DNA of 64,000 nt from Verrucomicrobiales bacterium (GCA_029940475.1 JAPYUT010000009.1:16605-80604), one strand, 5' to 3'. Numbered from the stretch's first letter, positions 24,683 to 34,186 are shown. Numbers and translations are program-made. The notes: generated by a model not told the origin, from the sequence alone.

Positions 24683-25126
24683 ATGGAATTGTTAGCTGCA
24701 GGATTTATCGAGGACAATATTGTCCCCAAGTTCAATTACTGGATTTACGTGATCCTCATGATGATCGGGCTCTACGCCATGATCACCAAGAACAACCTGA
24801 TCAAGAAGTTGATCGGGATGGCGGTTTTCCAGACGGCGATCATCCTGTTCTATGTGTCAATCGGGGTCAAGGAGGAGAGTGGAATCCCGATACTGGGCCA
24901 CGGGCAGCACCATGAGATTGTCGAGGAGGGTAAGCCCAGCGGAGAAGTGATCACCAAGGATGAATTTGCCAATCCACTGCCCCACGTGCTGATGCTCACG
25001 GCCATTGTTGTCGGGGTCAGCACCCTTGGGCTTGCCCTGGCGATTTCCCAGCGGATTCATGGTTCCTTTGGCACCCTTGAGGAGGACGAGATACTGGATC
25101 AACTTCGACCCGGCGGGCATGACTGA
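24683..25126 (+). CDS. mrpC: Mrp/Mnh-type antiporter subunit C (NuoK-like)
   Basis: 147 aa. NuoK-like MMIGLYAMITKNNLIKKLIGMAVFQTAIILFYVSIG, with an inserted loop of about 40 aa before the last TM. Confidence 0.75.
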   Translation: MELLAAGFIEDNIVPKFNYWIYVILMMIGLYAMITKNNLIKKLIGMAVFQTAIILFYVSIGVKEESGIPILGHGQHHEIVEEGKPSGEVITKDEFANPLPHVLMLTAIVVGVSTLGLALAISQRIHGSFGTLEEDEILDQLRPGGHD

Positions 25127-26648
25127 GCATTATCCGGTAGTCATCCTTATGGCGCCCCTGTTTGGGGCACTGCTGGCGACTCTCCTCGGCAGGGGACGGC
25201 AGGTTGCGTGTTGGTGGACTGCCCTGATTGCCCTTGGTATTTCTGCGTTGTTTGCCGTTGGTAATATTTGCGCCGTTCTGGCCTCCGGGGAGGGTGAATT
25301 GCGCTACCGGATGGGCGGATGGCATGAAAGCTCCGGTTATGAGGTGGGCATTGAGTTGCGCGTTGACATGCTTGCCGCCCTTGTCGTTGCCGCGGTGACC
25401 CTCGTTGGTTTCGTTAACACGATTTTCGCCAAGACCCGTGTCACCGGGGAGATGAGGGAGAAGGTTTCCTTCTACTATGCGCTCAACCAGCTGCTCATCG
25501 TAGGGTTATGCGGGATCGTGATGACCAATGATGCATTCAATCTATATGTGCTCATTGAGATCACTTCACTGACGAGTTATGCGCTGATCGCGATGGGCAA
25601 CCGGCGCGCGGCACTCTCCAGCTTCAATTACATCATCATGGGAACCATTGGTGCCTCGTTTTACCTGCTGGGGGTTGGCTACCTCTACATCAAGACAGGC
25701 ACTCTCAATATTGATGACATCCGCGGTGTACTGCAGTCCGGCAATCTTTGGGGGCATGCCAGCATAACGATTGCGTTCATTCTCATCATGCTCGGGGTGT
25801 GGATTAAGATGGCCCTTTTCCCACTTCATGGCTGGTTGCCTAACGCTTATTGCTACGCGCCGAGCGCGGTGAGCAGTTTCATGGCGCCGCTGATGACCAA
25901 GGTCATGGTTTATGTGATGCTGCGCGTCATGCTCTGGTTGTTTGGCAGTGAATATGTTTATTCAAGCGGACATGTCTGGGGAGAATTGATCATCTGGATG
26001 TCGATAATCGCTATTGTCGCCGGTTCTTTTTTAGCCCTTGCAAGGACCGACATTAAAAAAATGCTGACTTACCTTATTGTCGCGGAGGTTGGCTACATGG
26101 TTGGCGGTGCCTGGCTGGTCAACGGTGCCGGGCTTGCGGGCAGCATGTATCATATTTTCTCGGATGCGGCGATGACCTTTTGCCTCTTCCTGGCAGCATC
26201 GATTGTCATTCTGCGCACCGGGGATCACCGCCTGACAGCCTTTAATGGTCTTTTTCGCAGGATGCCGCTCACCATGATCGGGTTCACGGTGGGAGCCCTG
26301 TCAATGATCGGGTTGCCGCCGACCTGCGGGTTTTTCAGCAAATGGTATCTCATCAGCGGCGGGATTGAGGCTGGGCACTGGGCTTATGTTGCCGCGCTAT
26401 TGTTCTCGAGCCTGGTCAACGCCGTCATCTTTTTCAGGATCTTTGAGCGTGCCTATTTCGGTAATCTCAAGGGGGTTGCTGATGAGCAATTTCCCGATGA
26501 CAGGGATTCCGCGCCGCCGCTTACGCTGGAAAGGGTGCCGTGCTCGATGCTGATCCCGCTTTTCCTTGCCGTCATGGCAGTCCTGCTTGTCGGTATCTAT
26601 AACAATACCCTTGTCAGTTGGCTCAAGGCCGCAATGCCGCCGCTATAG
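25119..26648 (+). CDS. mrpD: Mrp subunit D-like proton-translocating antiporter subunit (NuoM/N family), copy 1
   Basis: Start at MTEHYPVVILMAPLFGALLA, with ATGACTGA overlapping the mrpC stop. About 14 TMs. Proton_antipo_M-type core (LYVLIEITSLTSYALIA, FPLHGWLPNAY, TYLIVAEVGYM). Confidence 0.8.
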   Translation: MTEHYPVVILMAPLFGALLATLLGRGRQVACWWTALIALGISALFAVGNICAVLASGEGELRYRMGGWHESSGYEVGIELRVDMLAALVVAAVTLVGFVNTIFAKTRVTGEMREKVSFYYALNQLLIVGLCGIVMTNDAFNLYVLIEITSLTSYALIAMGNRRAALSSFNYIIMGTIGASFYLLGVGYLYIKTGTLNIDDIRGVLQSGNLWGHASITIAFILIMLGVWIKMALFPLHGWLPNAYCYAPSAVSSFMAPLMTKVMVYVMLRVMLWLFGSEYVYSSGHVWGELIIWMSIIAIVAGSFLALARTDIKKMLTYLIVAEVGYMVGGAWLVNGAGLAGSMYHIFSDAAMTFCLFLAASIVILRTGDHRLTAFNGLFRRMPLTMIGFTVGALSMIGLPPTCGFFSKWYLISGGIEAGHWAYVAALLFSSLVNAVIFFRIFERAYFGNLKGVADEQFPDDRDSAPPLTLERVPCSMLIPLFLAVMAVLLVGIYNNTLVSWLKAAMPPL

Positions 26649-28130
26649 ATGATCGAAGAATCTTACCTGCCCCTGCTGGCCTGGATGGTGTCGCTGCTTG
26701 CGGTGCCAGCCATCCTGCTGATGCGTAGAAGCCCCAATGTTCGTGAGGGCACGACATTCGTTGCCGCGTTCGTCAAGTTCGCTCTTGTGTTGGCGATGCT
26801 GCCTGCGGTTATGGCAGGTGGAGTGCTGCGTTTTAGCTTTGGCGAGATTCTTCCGGGCATTCCCCTTGAGTTCCGGGTAGATGGACTCGGGATGCTTTTT
26901 GCCCTGGTGGCTTCTTCCCTCTGGATACTGACGACTCTCTATTCCGTTGGTTATATGCGGGGTCTCAAGGAGCATGACCAGACAAGGTTCTTTGCATGTT
27001 TCGCGGTTTCAATCTCGGCCACGATCGGCGTTGCCTTCGCCGGCAACCTTTTCACTCTCTATCTCTTCTACGAGATGTTGTCGCTCTCGACCTACCCGCT
27101 GGTGACTCATCACGGTGACAAGGAGGCGCGCAGCGGCGGTCGCACCTACCTGAGCCATCTTCTCGGGACCTCGGTTGCCTTTGTGCTGCCGGCAATGATC
27201 TATTGCTGGGTCAAGTCCGGCGGTGACATGAGCTTCACTGACGGGGGCTTCCTTGCAGGGAAGATCGGTCCTGGGGATGGGCTCATTGTGCTCCTCGCAT
27301 TCACCCTTGGATTTGCAAAATCCGGCCTGATGCCGTTCCATTCCTGGCTGCCCAATGCGATGGTTGCGCCAACGCCGGTCTCCGCTTTGCTGCATGCCGT
27401 GGCGGTCGTCAAGGTGGGTGTATTCTGTATTTTGCGGGTATTTACCGGCGTGTTTGGCATCGATACACTCAAGGATCTGGATATCACCACCGCGGTCACC
27501 TATATAGCCGGCTTCACCGTGATCACCTCTTCGCTTATTGCGCTGACCCAGGATAACCTGAAACGCAGGCTGGCTTTTTCGACAATAGGCCAGCTGGCAT
27601 ATATCATTCTTGGCGTGTCGTTGCTCTCCGCTCATGGCATCACCGGCTCGGCGATGCATATTGCAATGCATGCTTTCGGGAAAATCACCCTGTTCTTTTG
27701 CGCGGGTGCTATTTTCATGGCGACCGGGAAGAAATACGTCAGCCAGATGGTTGGCATCGGCCGGCAGATGCCGGTGACCATGACCGCTTTCCTGCTCGGT
27801 TCCCTGAGTATTATCGGTCTGCCGCCCTTTGGTGGCGCCTGGAGCAAGTGGTATCTGTTTCTTGGTGCTCTTGATGCCGGGCAGCTAATGATAGCGGCGA
27901 TCCTGATCATCAGTTCCCTGTTGAACATCGCTTATTTACTTCCCGTGGCGGTTAACGCCTTGTTCCGTCAACCTCCCGGGGGCAGCGACGATATCGCAGC
28001 CGTGGGGATCAGGGAAGCTCCCGCAGCCTGCGTGATCCCGTTGAGCATAACGGCGGTGGCCGGATTTATTCTGTTTCTTTTTCCCGACCTGGTCTTCGAC
28101 CTGGCACAACTCCTGATTAGCAATGGCTGA
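26649..28130 (+). CDS. mrpD: Mrp subunit D-like antiporter subunit (NuoM/N family), copy 2
   Basis: 493 aa. Motifs: LYLFYEMLSLSTYPLV, MPFHSWLPNAMVAPTPVSALLHAVAVVKVG and FSTIGQLAYIILG. Confidence 0.8.
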   Translation: MIEESYLPLLAWMVSLLAVPAILLMRRSPNVREGTTFVAAFVKFALVLAMLPAVMAGGVLRFSFGEILPGIPLEFRVDGLGMLFALVASSLWILTTLYSVGYMRGLKEHDQTRFFACFAVSISATIGVAFAGNLFTLYLFYEMLSLSTYPLVTHHGDKEARSGGRTYLSHLLGTSVAFVLPAMIYCWVKSGGDMSFTDGGFLAGKIGPGDGLIVLLAFTLGFAKSGLMPFHSWLPNAMVAPTPVSALLHAVAVVKVGVFCILRVFTGVFGIDTLKDLDITTAVTYIAGFTVITSSLIALTQDNLKRRLAFSTIGQLAYIILGVSLLSAHGITGSAMHIAMHAFGKITLFFCAGAIFMATGKKYVSQMVGIGRQMPVTMTAFLLGSLSIIGLPPFGGAWSKWYLFLGALDAGQLMIAAILIISSLLNIAYLLPVAVNALFRQPPGGSDDIAAVGIREAPAACVIPLSITAVAGFILFLFPDLVFDLAQLLISNG

Positions 28131-28464
28131 CATTGTCTCTCCGCCGAAAGACAACGATCCTGACCGTGAAGGGATCATCCTGCTGGAAGACGATGGCAGG
28201 AAACACCTGTGGGATAATCCTGCCAATGTGAAGCGTTTCCTTAAGGGCTTCTTTATCATTTGCGTGTTGCTCTTCTTGTTGGATGGGCTGTTCCTGGCAC
28301 ACCTGGTCCACAAGCACTTGAGCTTTGAGTCAGACACTTTCCCCCTTGAAGGCTGGCTTGGCTTTTTCAGCATTTACGGGTTTATTGCCTGTGCATTAAT
28401 TGTCTTGCTCGCCAAGCAATTGCGCAAGGTAGTGATGCGATCGGAGGACTATTATGATAAGTAG
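28123..28464 (+). CDS. small two-TM membrane protein embedded in the mrp cluster, function unknown
   Basis: 113 aa. An acidic N-terminus, then FFIICVLLFLLDGLFLAHLV and WLGFFSIYGFIACALIVLLA. It overlaps both neighbours (8 nt and 11 nt), which implies translational coupling. Confidence 0.5.
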   Translation: MADIVSPPKDNDPDREGIILLEDDGRKHLWDNPANVKRFLKGFFIICVLLFLLDGLFLAHLVHKHLSFESDTFPLEGWLGFFSIYGFIACALIVLLAKQLRKVVMRSEDYYDK

Positions 28465-30247
28465 TCCGCATCCGGTAATCATTATTTTTGTCGGCGCCCT
28501 CCTGGTGGGGGTTTTGCGCGGCCGACTGAAGAATATCGTCTCGGTGCTTACCCCTGTATTGGGACTGGCCAACCTGCTGGCGATTTCAAGCGGGATGGAG
28601 GTGTCCGGGGATGACACTTGGCGCTTATCGGTGATGGATTTGGATCTGGTCGTGGCAAGATTCGACAAGCTGAGCCTGGTATTCGCCTATCTTTTTCATA
28701 TAGCGGCAATCATCACGTCCATTTATTCGCTGCATGTTCGTGACAATATGCAGCGGGTGACCGGCTTGTTGTATGCCGGGAGTGCGATTGGTGCGGTTCT
28801 CGCCGGGGACCTGATTACACTCTTTGTGTTCTGGGAATTGTTGGCGGTGACCTCGGTATTCCAGATCTGGGCGCGACGCACCGGGAAAGCCACGAGTTCG
28901 GGTATCCGCTACCTGCTGCTGCACGTGAGCTCGGGATTGCTGTTGCTGCTGGGTGCTGCGATCCTTTACAGGGAAACCGATTCTCTGGCTTTCGATGAAA
29001 TCGGCCTTCAGGGACTGGGAGGCTGGCTGATTTTCCTTGCCCTGGGTATCAAGTGCGGATTCCCCCTGTTGCACACCTGGCTTACCGACAGCTATCCGGA
29101 GGCAACCTCGGTCGGGGCGGTTTACCTGTGCTGCTTTACCACCAAGACTGCGGTTTATGCCATGGCTCGAGGGTTTCCCGGCGCCGAGCCTCTACTTTAT
29201 ATAGGGGTAGCGATGGCGGTGTTCCCGATCTTTTACGCGGTGATTGAGAACGACTTGCGCCGGACGCTCGCCTTCAGCATGATCAACCAGATCGGCTTTA
29301 TGCTGGTGGGTATTGGCCTTGGCACAGCGTGGGGTATTAATGGCGCGGTTGCCCATGCCTTTAACGATGTGTTTTTCAAGGGCTTGCTGTTCATGGCAAT
29401 GGGCGCGGTGCTTTATCGCACCGGCACGATGAATGCCTCGCAGCTTGGCGGTCTTTATAAGAGCATGCCGTGGACGACGGGGTTTTCAATCGTGGGTGCG
29501 GCTGCTATTTCCGGGTTTCCTTTACTGTGCGGTTTTGTAAGCAAGAGCATGATCATGGCCAGTACGGCCAAGGAGGGACACCTGGTGATCTGGTTACTCC
29601 TGCTCTTCGCTGCTGCGGGCGTGCTTAAACATGCCGGGATCAAGATCCCGTTTTTCGCATTCTTTGCGCATGACTCGGGGATTCGCACCAGGGAGGCGCC
29701 GGCGAATATGCTTGTGGCAATGGCTATGTCAGCGGTGATGTGCATTGGAATTGGCTGTTTCCCGCACTTGCTTTACCGACTTTTGCCGGAACCCTGGGAT
29801 GTGGCTTATAATCCCTACGATACAACGCATATCATTACCCAGTTCCAGTTGCTGTTCTTTGCCGGTGCAGCCTTCACTTTCCTGTTGCTGCGCAATATCT
29901 ATCCACCTGAATTACGCTCGACCAACCTTGACTTTGACTGGACCTGGAGGAAGGGCGGCAGACTTTTTTACAGGGCAAGCGACGTTATATTCAATACCGC
30001 CAATGAGAAGATCCACCGGGGGGTTGTTGGCGTGTTTATCGGCAGGTTGAATCATTTAAGCAAAGCGGCACCCTCGCGATTACTGGTGTTTGTAATGACG
30101 CCGTTGTGGAAGGCGCAGGGTTTTGTCGATGAGGCGCTGGTTGAGAAACAGCGTGCGTTCTACGAAGATGCCAGGCTTGGCGCGTTCCCGATCGGCAAGG
30201 CCGCAATTATTGCAGTGATTCTTCTTGGCTTACTGTATATTTTATAG
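28454..30247 (+). CDS. MrpA/NuoL-like antiporter subunit with C-terminal extension (third antiporter-like subunit)
   Basis: 597 aa. Proton_antipo_M core (LFVFWELLAVTSVFQIW, FPLLHTWLTDSYPEA, FSMINQIGFMLVG). An extra tail of about 110 aa has a long amphipathic segment and a final TM (AAIIAVILLGLLYIL), as in the NuoL/MrpA lateral helix. Confidence 0.75.
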   Translation: MISSPHPVIIIFVGALLVGVLRGRLKNIVSVLTPVLGLANLLAISSGMEVSGDDTWRLSVMDLDLVVARFDKLSLVFAYLFHIAAIITSIYSLHVRDNMQRVTGLLYAGSAIGAVLAGDLITLFVFWELLAVTSVFQIWARRTGKATSSGIRYLLLHVSSGLLLLLGAAILYRETDSLAFDEIGLQGLGGWLIFLALGIKCGFPLLHTWLTDSYPEATSVGAVYLCCFTTKTAVYAMARGFPGAEPLLYIGVAMAVFPIFYAVIENDLRRTLAFSMINQIGFMLVGIGLGTAWGINGAVAHAFNDVFFKGLLFMAMGAVLYRTGTMNASQLGGLYKSMPWTTGFSIVGAAAISGFPLLCGFVSKSMIMASTAKEGHLVIWLLLLFAAAGVLKHAGIKIPFFAFFAHDSGIRTREAPANMLVAMAMSAVMCIGIGCFPHLLYRLLPEPWDVAYNPYDTTHIITQFQLLFFAGAAFTFLLLRNIYPPELRSTNLDFDWTWRKGGRLFYRASDVIFNTANEKIHRGVVGVFIGRLNHLSKAAPSRLLVFVMTPLWKAQGFVDEALVEKQRAFYEDARLGAFPIGKAAIIAVILLGLLYIL

Positions 30248-30339
30248 TGGATGCGCCGATTTTTCCCCTTGTTCCCGATGGCTTTCTATTTTTCCCCCGA
30301 ATTTTGCCAAGTGTTGGCCGTTAACTGTCGATTGTTCAC

Positions 30340-31260
30340 GTGATGAGGACTGCGCCGATGGATTCAGCGGATCTTTGTGCTTCGGTTATTGCGGTTCCTC
30401 CGCTTTGCCGGAAAGTTGACCGGGCGATTGATATCGGGGAAAACCGCAAGCTTATCTCGCATCTTGAGAATGGAGGGGTTCGCACCTTGCTTTACGGTGG
30501 CAATGCCAATCTCTACAACATGGCCGTTTCCGAATATGCACAGCTATTGGAAATACTTGAGGCTGAGACAGGGGAAGAGACAATTGTTATTCCTTCAGTC
30601 GGTCCATTTTTCGGGAATATTACCGATCAGGCTGAGATACTGAAGCATTCCTCATTCCCGGCGGTGATGGTATTACCGGTAATGTTCCCCGCCAAACCGG
30701 AGGGCGTTGCGAGTGCGGTGAGGCACTTTGTCGAAAAATCGGGGATCAGGGTGGTGCTCTATATCAAGGATGAAGCCTATATTTCCCCGGAATTGGCGGG
30801 CGCACTGGTGAAGGATGGTGTTATTTCGTGGGTTAAGTACGCAATTGTCAGGGAGACCCCCCTGCGGGATGACTACCTCAGGGCGCTTCTCGACCAGGTT
30901 GATCCGGCCATGGTGGTCAGCGGCATAGGCGAACAACCGGCGATTGTCCACTTGCGGGATTTTGGTCTTGGCAGTTTCACGTCGGGGTGCGTATGCATTG
31001 CACCCTCAGAGTCGATGAGAATGCTGGCCGCGATCAAGGAGGGTGATTTTGATGGAGCGGAGAAAATTCGGGTAAAGTTTGCAGATCTGGAGAATTTACG
31101 CAACGCCCACGGTCCGATCCCGGTGCTTCACCATGCGGTAGGCCTGGCCGGCATTGCCGACACAGGAACGCAGTTGCCACTGATGGCGGATCTGGATAAG
31201 GAGGTGATGGAGCCTATAAGGAAGGCCGCCGGGGCACTGATGAAGTGTGCGGGCTTGTGA
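30340..31260 (+). CDS. dihydrodipicolinate synthase-family (class I aldolase-like) protein
   Basis: 306 aa. The overall pattern of a DapA/NAL-family TIM barrel is visible: VIAVPPL...IDIGENRKLISHLENGGVRTLLYGGNANLYNMAVSEYAQLLE...VKYAIV. The canonical GTTGE motif is degenerate, so the specific activity is unknown. Confidence 0.5.
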   Translation: MMRTAPMDSADLCASVIAVPPLCRKVDRAIDIGENRKLISHLENGGVRTLLYGGNANLYNMAVSEYAQLLEILEAETGEETIVIPSVGPFFGNITDQAEILKHSSFPAVMVLPVMFPAKPEGVASAVRHFVEKSGIRVVLYIKDEAYISPELAGALVKDGVISWVKYAIVRETPLRDDYLRALLDQVDPAMVVSGIGEQPAIVHLRDFGLGSFTSGCVCIAPSESMRMLAAIKEGDFDGAEKIRVKFADLENLRNAHGPIPVLHHAVGLAGIADTGTQLPLMADLDKEVMEPIRKAAGALMKCAGL

Positions 31261-31272
31261 TGGGAGGGCGTC

Positions 31273-32010
31273 TTACCGCAGATACTTGAAGCTTCCCGCC
31301 GGTGCGATGCGGCCAAGGATCTCTCCCTTGATCCGGTTGTCATCAGTGCCTGGTTCCAGCGGCAGGCTGTCCACATGCCCGTCGGCAAAGAGGAAATTAG
31401 CGCGTTTGTGATGGCGGAAGTGGATCGTCTGGTACATTTCATTGATGATGTAGAATTCCTCAAGCATTGGGTTGTCCGGGCTTGCGGGAGACTGGAAGGT
31501 GTTGACCTGGGCGCAGTCACCAAACACGACAACCGAGCCGGGATGATCTATGGCGCTGCTGTGAATACAGTTTTTTCCTGAAGGTCCGCCACCGAGCAAC
31601 CAGTTGTAGCCATAGCCCCAGCTGGCACCATTGAATTTGGGTTTCCAGCTGACCGACCGGTAATTGAAGCAGGGGCAACTCTCGATTTGCCCAATGCTCC
31701 GGATGTATGGATAGAGTGGCCCGGCGGTTGCGTCGAGATCGCGTTCCCCCTCGGCACGGATATCTCCTGACTCAAGGCCGAAATACCAAATTTTCCCTTT
31801 TTCCGTGTTTTGTGCGTAGGGGAAATAGCGGTTGTTGTGATCGTTTAGGTAAAGTTGCGTGGCAATCCCGAGTTGTGACAGGCCGGCGACACACTTGGCA
31901 TTATAAGCGGAGCTTTTTACCGAGGAAAAAACCGCGGATGAGACCAGGGCAAGGATCGCAATGATTGTCATCGTGAGCATAAGCTCAACCAGTGTGAATG
32001 CTTGCTTCAC
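31273..32010 (-). CDS. prepilin-type N-terminal cleavage/methylation protein with H-X9-DG (DUF1559) domain
   Basis: 245 aa. N-terminal FTLVELMLTMTIIAILA and C-terminal HHKRANFLFADGHVDSL (H-X9-DG). Confidence 0.8.
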   Translation of the reverse strand: MKQAFTLVELMLTMTIIAILALVSSAVFSSVKSSAYNAKCVAGLSQLGIATQLYLNDHNNRYFPYAQNTEKGKIWYFGLESGDIRAEGERDLDATAGPLYPYIRSIGQIESCPCFNYRSVSWKPKFNGASWGYGYNWLLGGGPSGKNCIHSSAIDHPGSVVVFGDCAQVNTFQSPASPDNPMLEEFYIINEMYQTIHFRHHKRANFLFADGHVDSLPLEPGTDDNRIKGEILGRIAPAGSFKYLR

Positions 32011-33035
32011 GGGTAATTTAGATTGAACCGCAAGAAATATTCAGTGGTTTCCACTTTGCGGATCTCATGTCCGGGACCGAGAAAAATCAGTGCATGGGGA
32101 ACCCGTTTCCAGGTTTCAAGATTCGATGAGGCTTCCGCAAAAACGGTAATGTCTGTGTGGTGCCGGTAGGTAATGCTGAGGACTCCATTTTCAAATACGG
32201 GCGCCGGTATTCCATCGGGAAAGGCAGTTCTGATCAGGTTAATTCCAGATGTTTTGACATGGATTGAATGAACTTTGAGATCAGCGCTTCCTGGCTGATT
32301 GTGTTGCCAGAGCAACAGCGCGAAGGCATCGAAACGGAAAGGGAATTCTTCAGTGAGAATCAGTTGAATAGTGGACGGGTCATGATCGGGATTTGCACCG
32401 AACTTATTAATGGGGAGTCCACCGTTGTCATCGGAGAGACGAAGGGTAATTGTCCGGGTGGAGGCTTCATAACTGAGTGCAGTGGTAAGCCTGGTGTTTG
32501 CAGGTAGTGGCCCAATTTCCCCAAAATCGTTAATCAGGCTGGTGGCACCGCCCGGGAACTTCAGCGAGTTGGATGTGAGCGCGTTGCCGCTGCCGTTATC
32601 CTGGCTGATGAAGGTTGGCGTGTAGGTTGGATAGGAAGCGCCCGGAAAATAATCAACAGTCAGACATTCCCAGGAATTGCCCGGGGCGATGGTTCGTTGG
32701 GCTCCGGTGTTGACGGCATTGATCAGCCCGAAGGAAAGCTGGCAGAAGTTGAAGTCGTCGAAGTTGATTGATGACAGGGTAAATTCAACGGTGGCTGTAA
32801 AGCTGTCAGTTTCCCTTAACGTTCGCCTTAGCGGCCAGGCAATCCTGGCATGCGGCTGCAACAGGTCATATGACGCAGTGAGGGTTTTTGCAGAGGAATT
32901 GAAAGAAAAGCGTGAAGAATCCCCGCTTACCAATGCGCGTGATGTGGTTGGGTCTGATTCGAAGCGTTCGTCGAGCAATGTTTCCCCGCCGGAAAGCGTG
33001 ACGGATGCCCATAAAACTGTAAAAGGTATTTTCAA
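32007..33035 (-). CDS. hypothetical secreted protein with the shared C-terminal S-S-N-L-x-x-W ... F-L-R-F module
   Basis: 342 aa. 4-nt ATGA-type overlaps with both neighbours. Beta-rich composition. The C-terminus is LSITYRHHTDITVFAEASSNLETWKRV...TEYFLRFNLNYP. Confidence 0.5.
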   Translation of the reverse strand: MKIPFTVLWASVTLSGGETLLDERFESDPTTSRALVSGDSSRFSFNSSAKTLTASYDLLQPHARIAWPLRRTLRETDSFTATVEFTLSSINFDDFNFCQLSFGLINAVNTGAQRTIAPGNSWECLTVDYFPGASYPTYTPTFISQDNGSGNALTSNSLKFPGGATSLINDFGEIGPLPANTRLTTALSYEASTRTITLRLSDDNGGLPINKFGANPDHDPSTIQLILTEEFPFRFDAFALLLWQHNQPGSADLKVHSIHVKTSGINLIRTAFPDGIPAPVFENGVLSITYRHHTDITVFAEASSNLETWKRVPHALIFLGPGHEIRKVETTEYFLRFNLNYP

Positions 33036-33961
33036 CGGTATCGCCGGGTTAACAGGCCGAGTAATGTGAACAGCAAAACGGATACAGCCGGTTCAGGAAT
33101 GACAGACCCTCCAACGGCGTTGGCAGCGACAGAAACGGCATCCAGTTCAAAATTAAGCATTGTGTCAGGATCTCCATCGTCGGCCAGTGACAGGCGAACC
33201 CAACCGGCCTGTGCAAGTTCTGTGGCGTCAAGGTCGATCCATGTTCCCCCGGCAGAGTTGCCCAGCAACCCTTTGATTGTGTCCCAGTTCTTTCCCGCGT
33301 AGTCAGCGAGCGTGTTGTCATGAGGCAGCCCGAAATCAGCGGCAGTGAGGCCGGCAGGATCGCCCTGGTAGGCGGATGTTGCATTGATGAAAGCGCTTGA
33401 GGGTTGATCAAATCGAGTCAGTCCGAGGTTGATCCAGTTTACCCCGTCGGCACTGACCTCAAGGACAGCGCTGTCAATGCCAAAAGTGGCACCGGGCAAT
33501 TCCAGGTCGGTGCCGGCGATGCCTTCCGGCCAGGATGTATCGCTGATACCGGCGTTGGTAAAGATACCTATTTCCGGTGTTCCCGTTGTGGTAACTGCAA
33601 AGTTGGCCAGCTGCAGTGTGATTGATCCTCCTTCACCAAATTGAACAATTTGCCCTGCTTCAAAATGAGGACTGAAGGGACTGATAATACTTGCAAATTG
33701 TGTTCCGGCTCCGGCTACAGGATCAGGTTGTCCCAAGGCTGCCGCTGGATTTCCGGGATTGCTAAGGAGGCCCGGCTCATAAGCGATGAGCTCACTGGCA
33801 AAGGTGGTCGCCGAAACATTATTGCAGGGCATCATGGCTCCCAGGGCAAGCATGACAAACCCGATTGTTTGCGGGGCATTATATAGCATTACGGATAGTT
33901 CTTTTATGCGAAGAAATTTCTCGTAACCGCCCCGTGCAAGTATTCGGACTTCTGGCTTCAA
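33032..33961 (-). CDS. PEP-CTERM sorting-domain protein
   Basis: The C-terminus VIPEPAVSVLLFTLLGLLTRRYR contains a PEP motif, a TM and an Arg-rich tail. The likely true start is MLYNAPQTIGFVMLALGAMMP at 33889. Confidence 0.7.
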   Translation of the reverse strand: MKPEVRILARGGYEKFLRIKELSVMLYNAPQTIGFVMLALGAMMPCNNVSATTFASELIAYEPGLLSNPGNPAAALGQPDPVAGAGTQFASIISPFSPHFEAGQIVQFGEGGSITLQLANFAVTTTGTPEIGIFTNAGISDTSWPEGIAGTDLELPGATFGIDSAVLEVSADGVNWINLGLTRFDQPSSAFINATSAYQGDPAGLTAADFGLPHDNTLADYAGKNWDTIKGLLGNSAGGTWIDLDATELAQAGWVRLSLADDGDPDTMLNFELDAVSVAANAVGGSVIPEPAVSVLLFTLLGLLTRRYR

Positions 33962-34186
33962 GTCTCCTTCCCGCCTTCACCCCGCCTAACGGCAGGATTG
34001 GCATGCCGGGAATTTGTATCCAGATACCGCAGCGCAAACTGTCCCGGGTTCTAACCGGGTTCCATGCACCGAGCTGGTATGTAGGAAAAACCGTTACTCA
34101 GAACATATCAGAGAGCAACCGGAATATGGGACTTGGAACTTTAATCTCATGTGGGACTATATTGGCAATGCCCCATCATTATGGAG

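Noticed and set aside
22444-30247. The Mrp-type cluster as the membrane arm of a membrane-bound hydrogenase (Mbh/Mbx) or complex I.
   Set aside because: No NiFe-hydrogenase large or small subunit, ferredoxin-like, NuoH or NuoB/C/D/I-like genes are present in or next to the cluster. The flanking genes are an acetylesterase and an aldolase-family protein.
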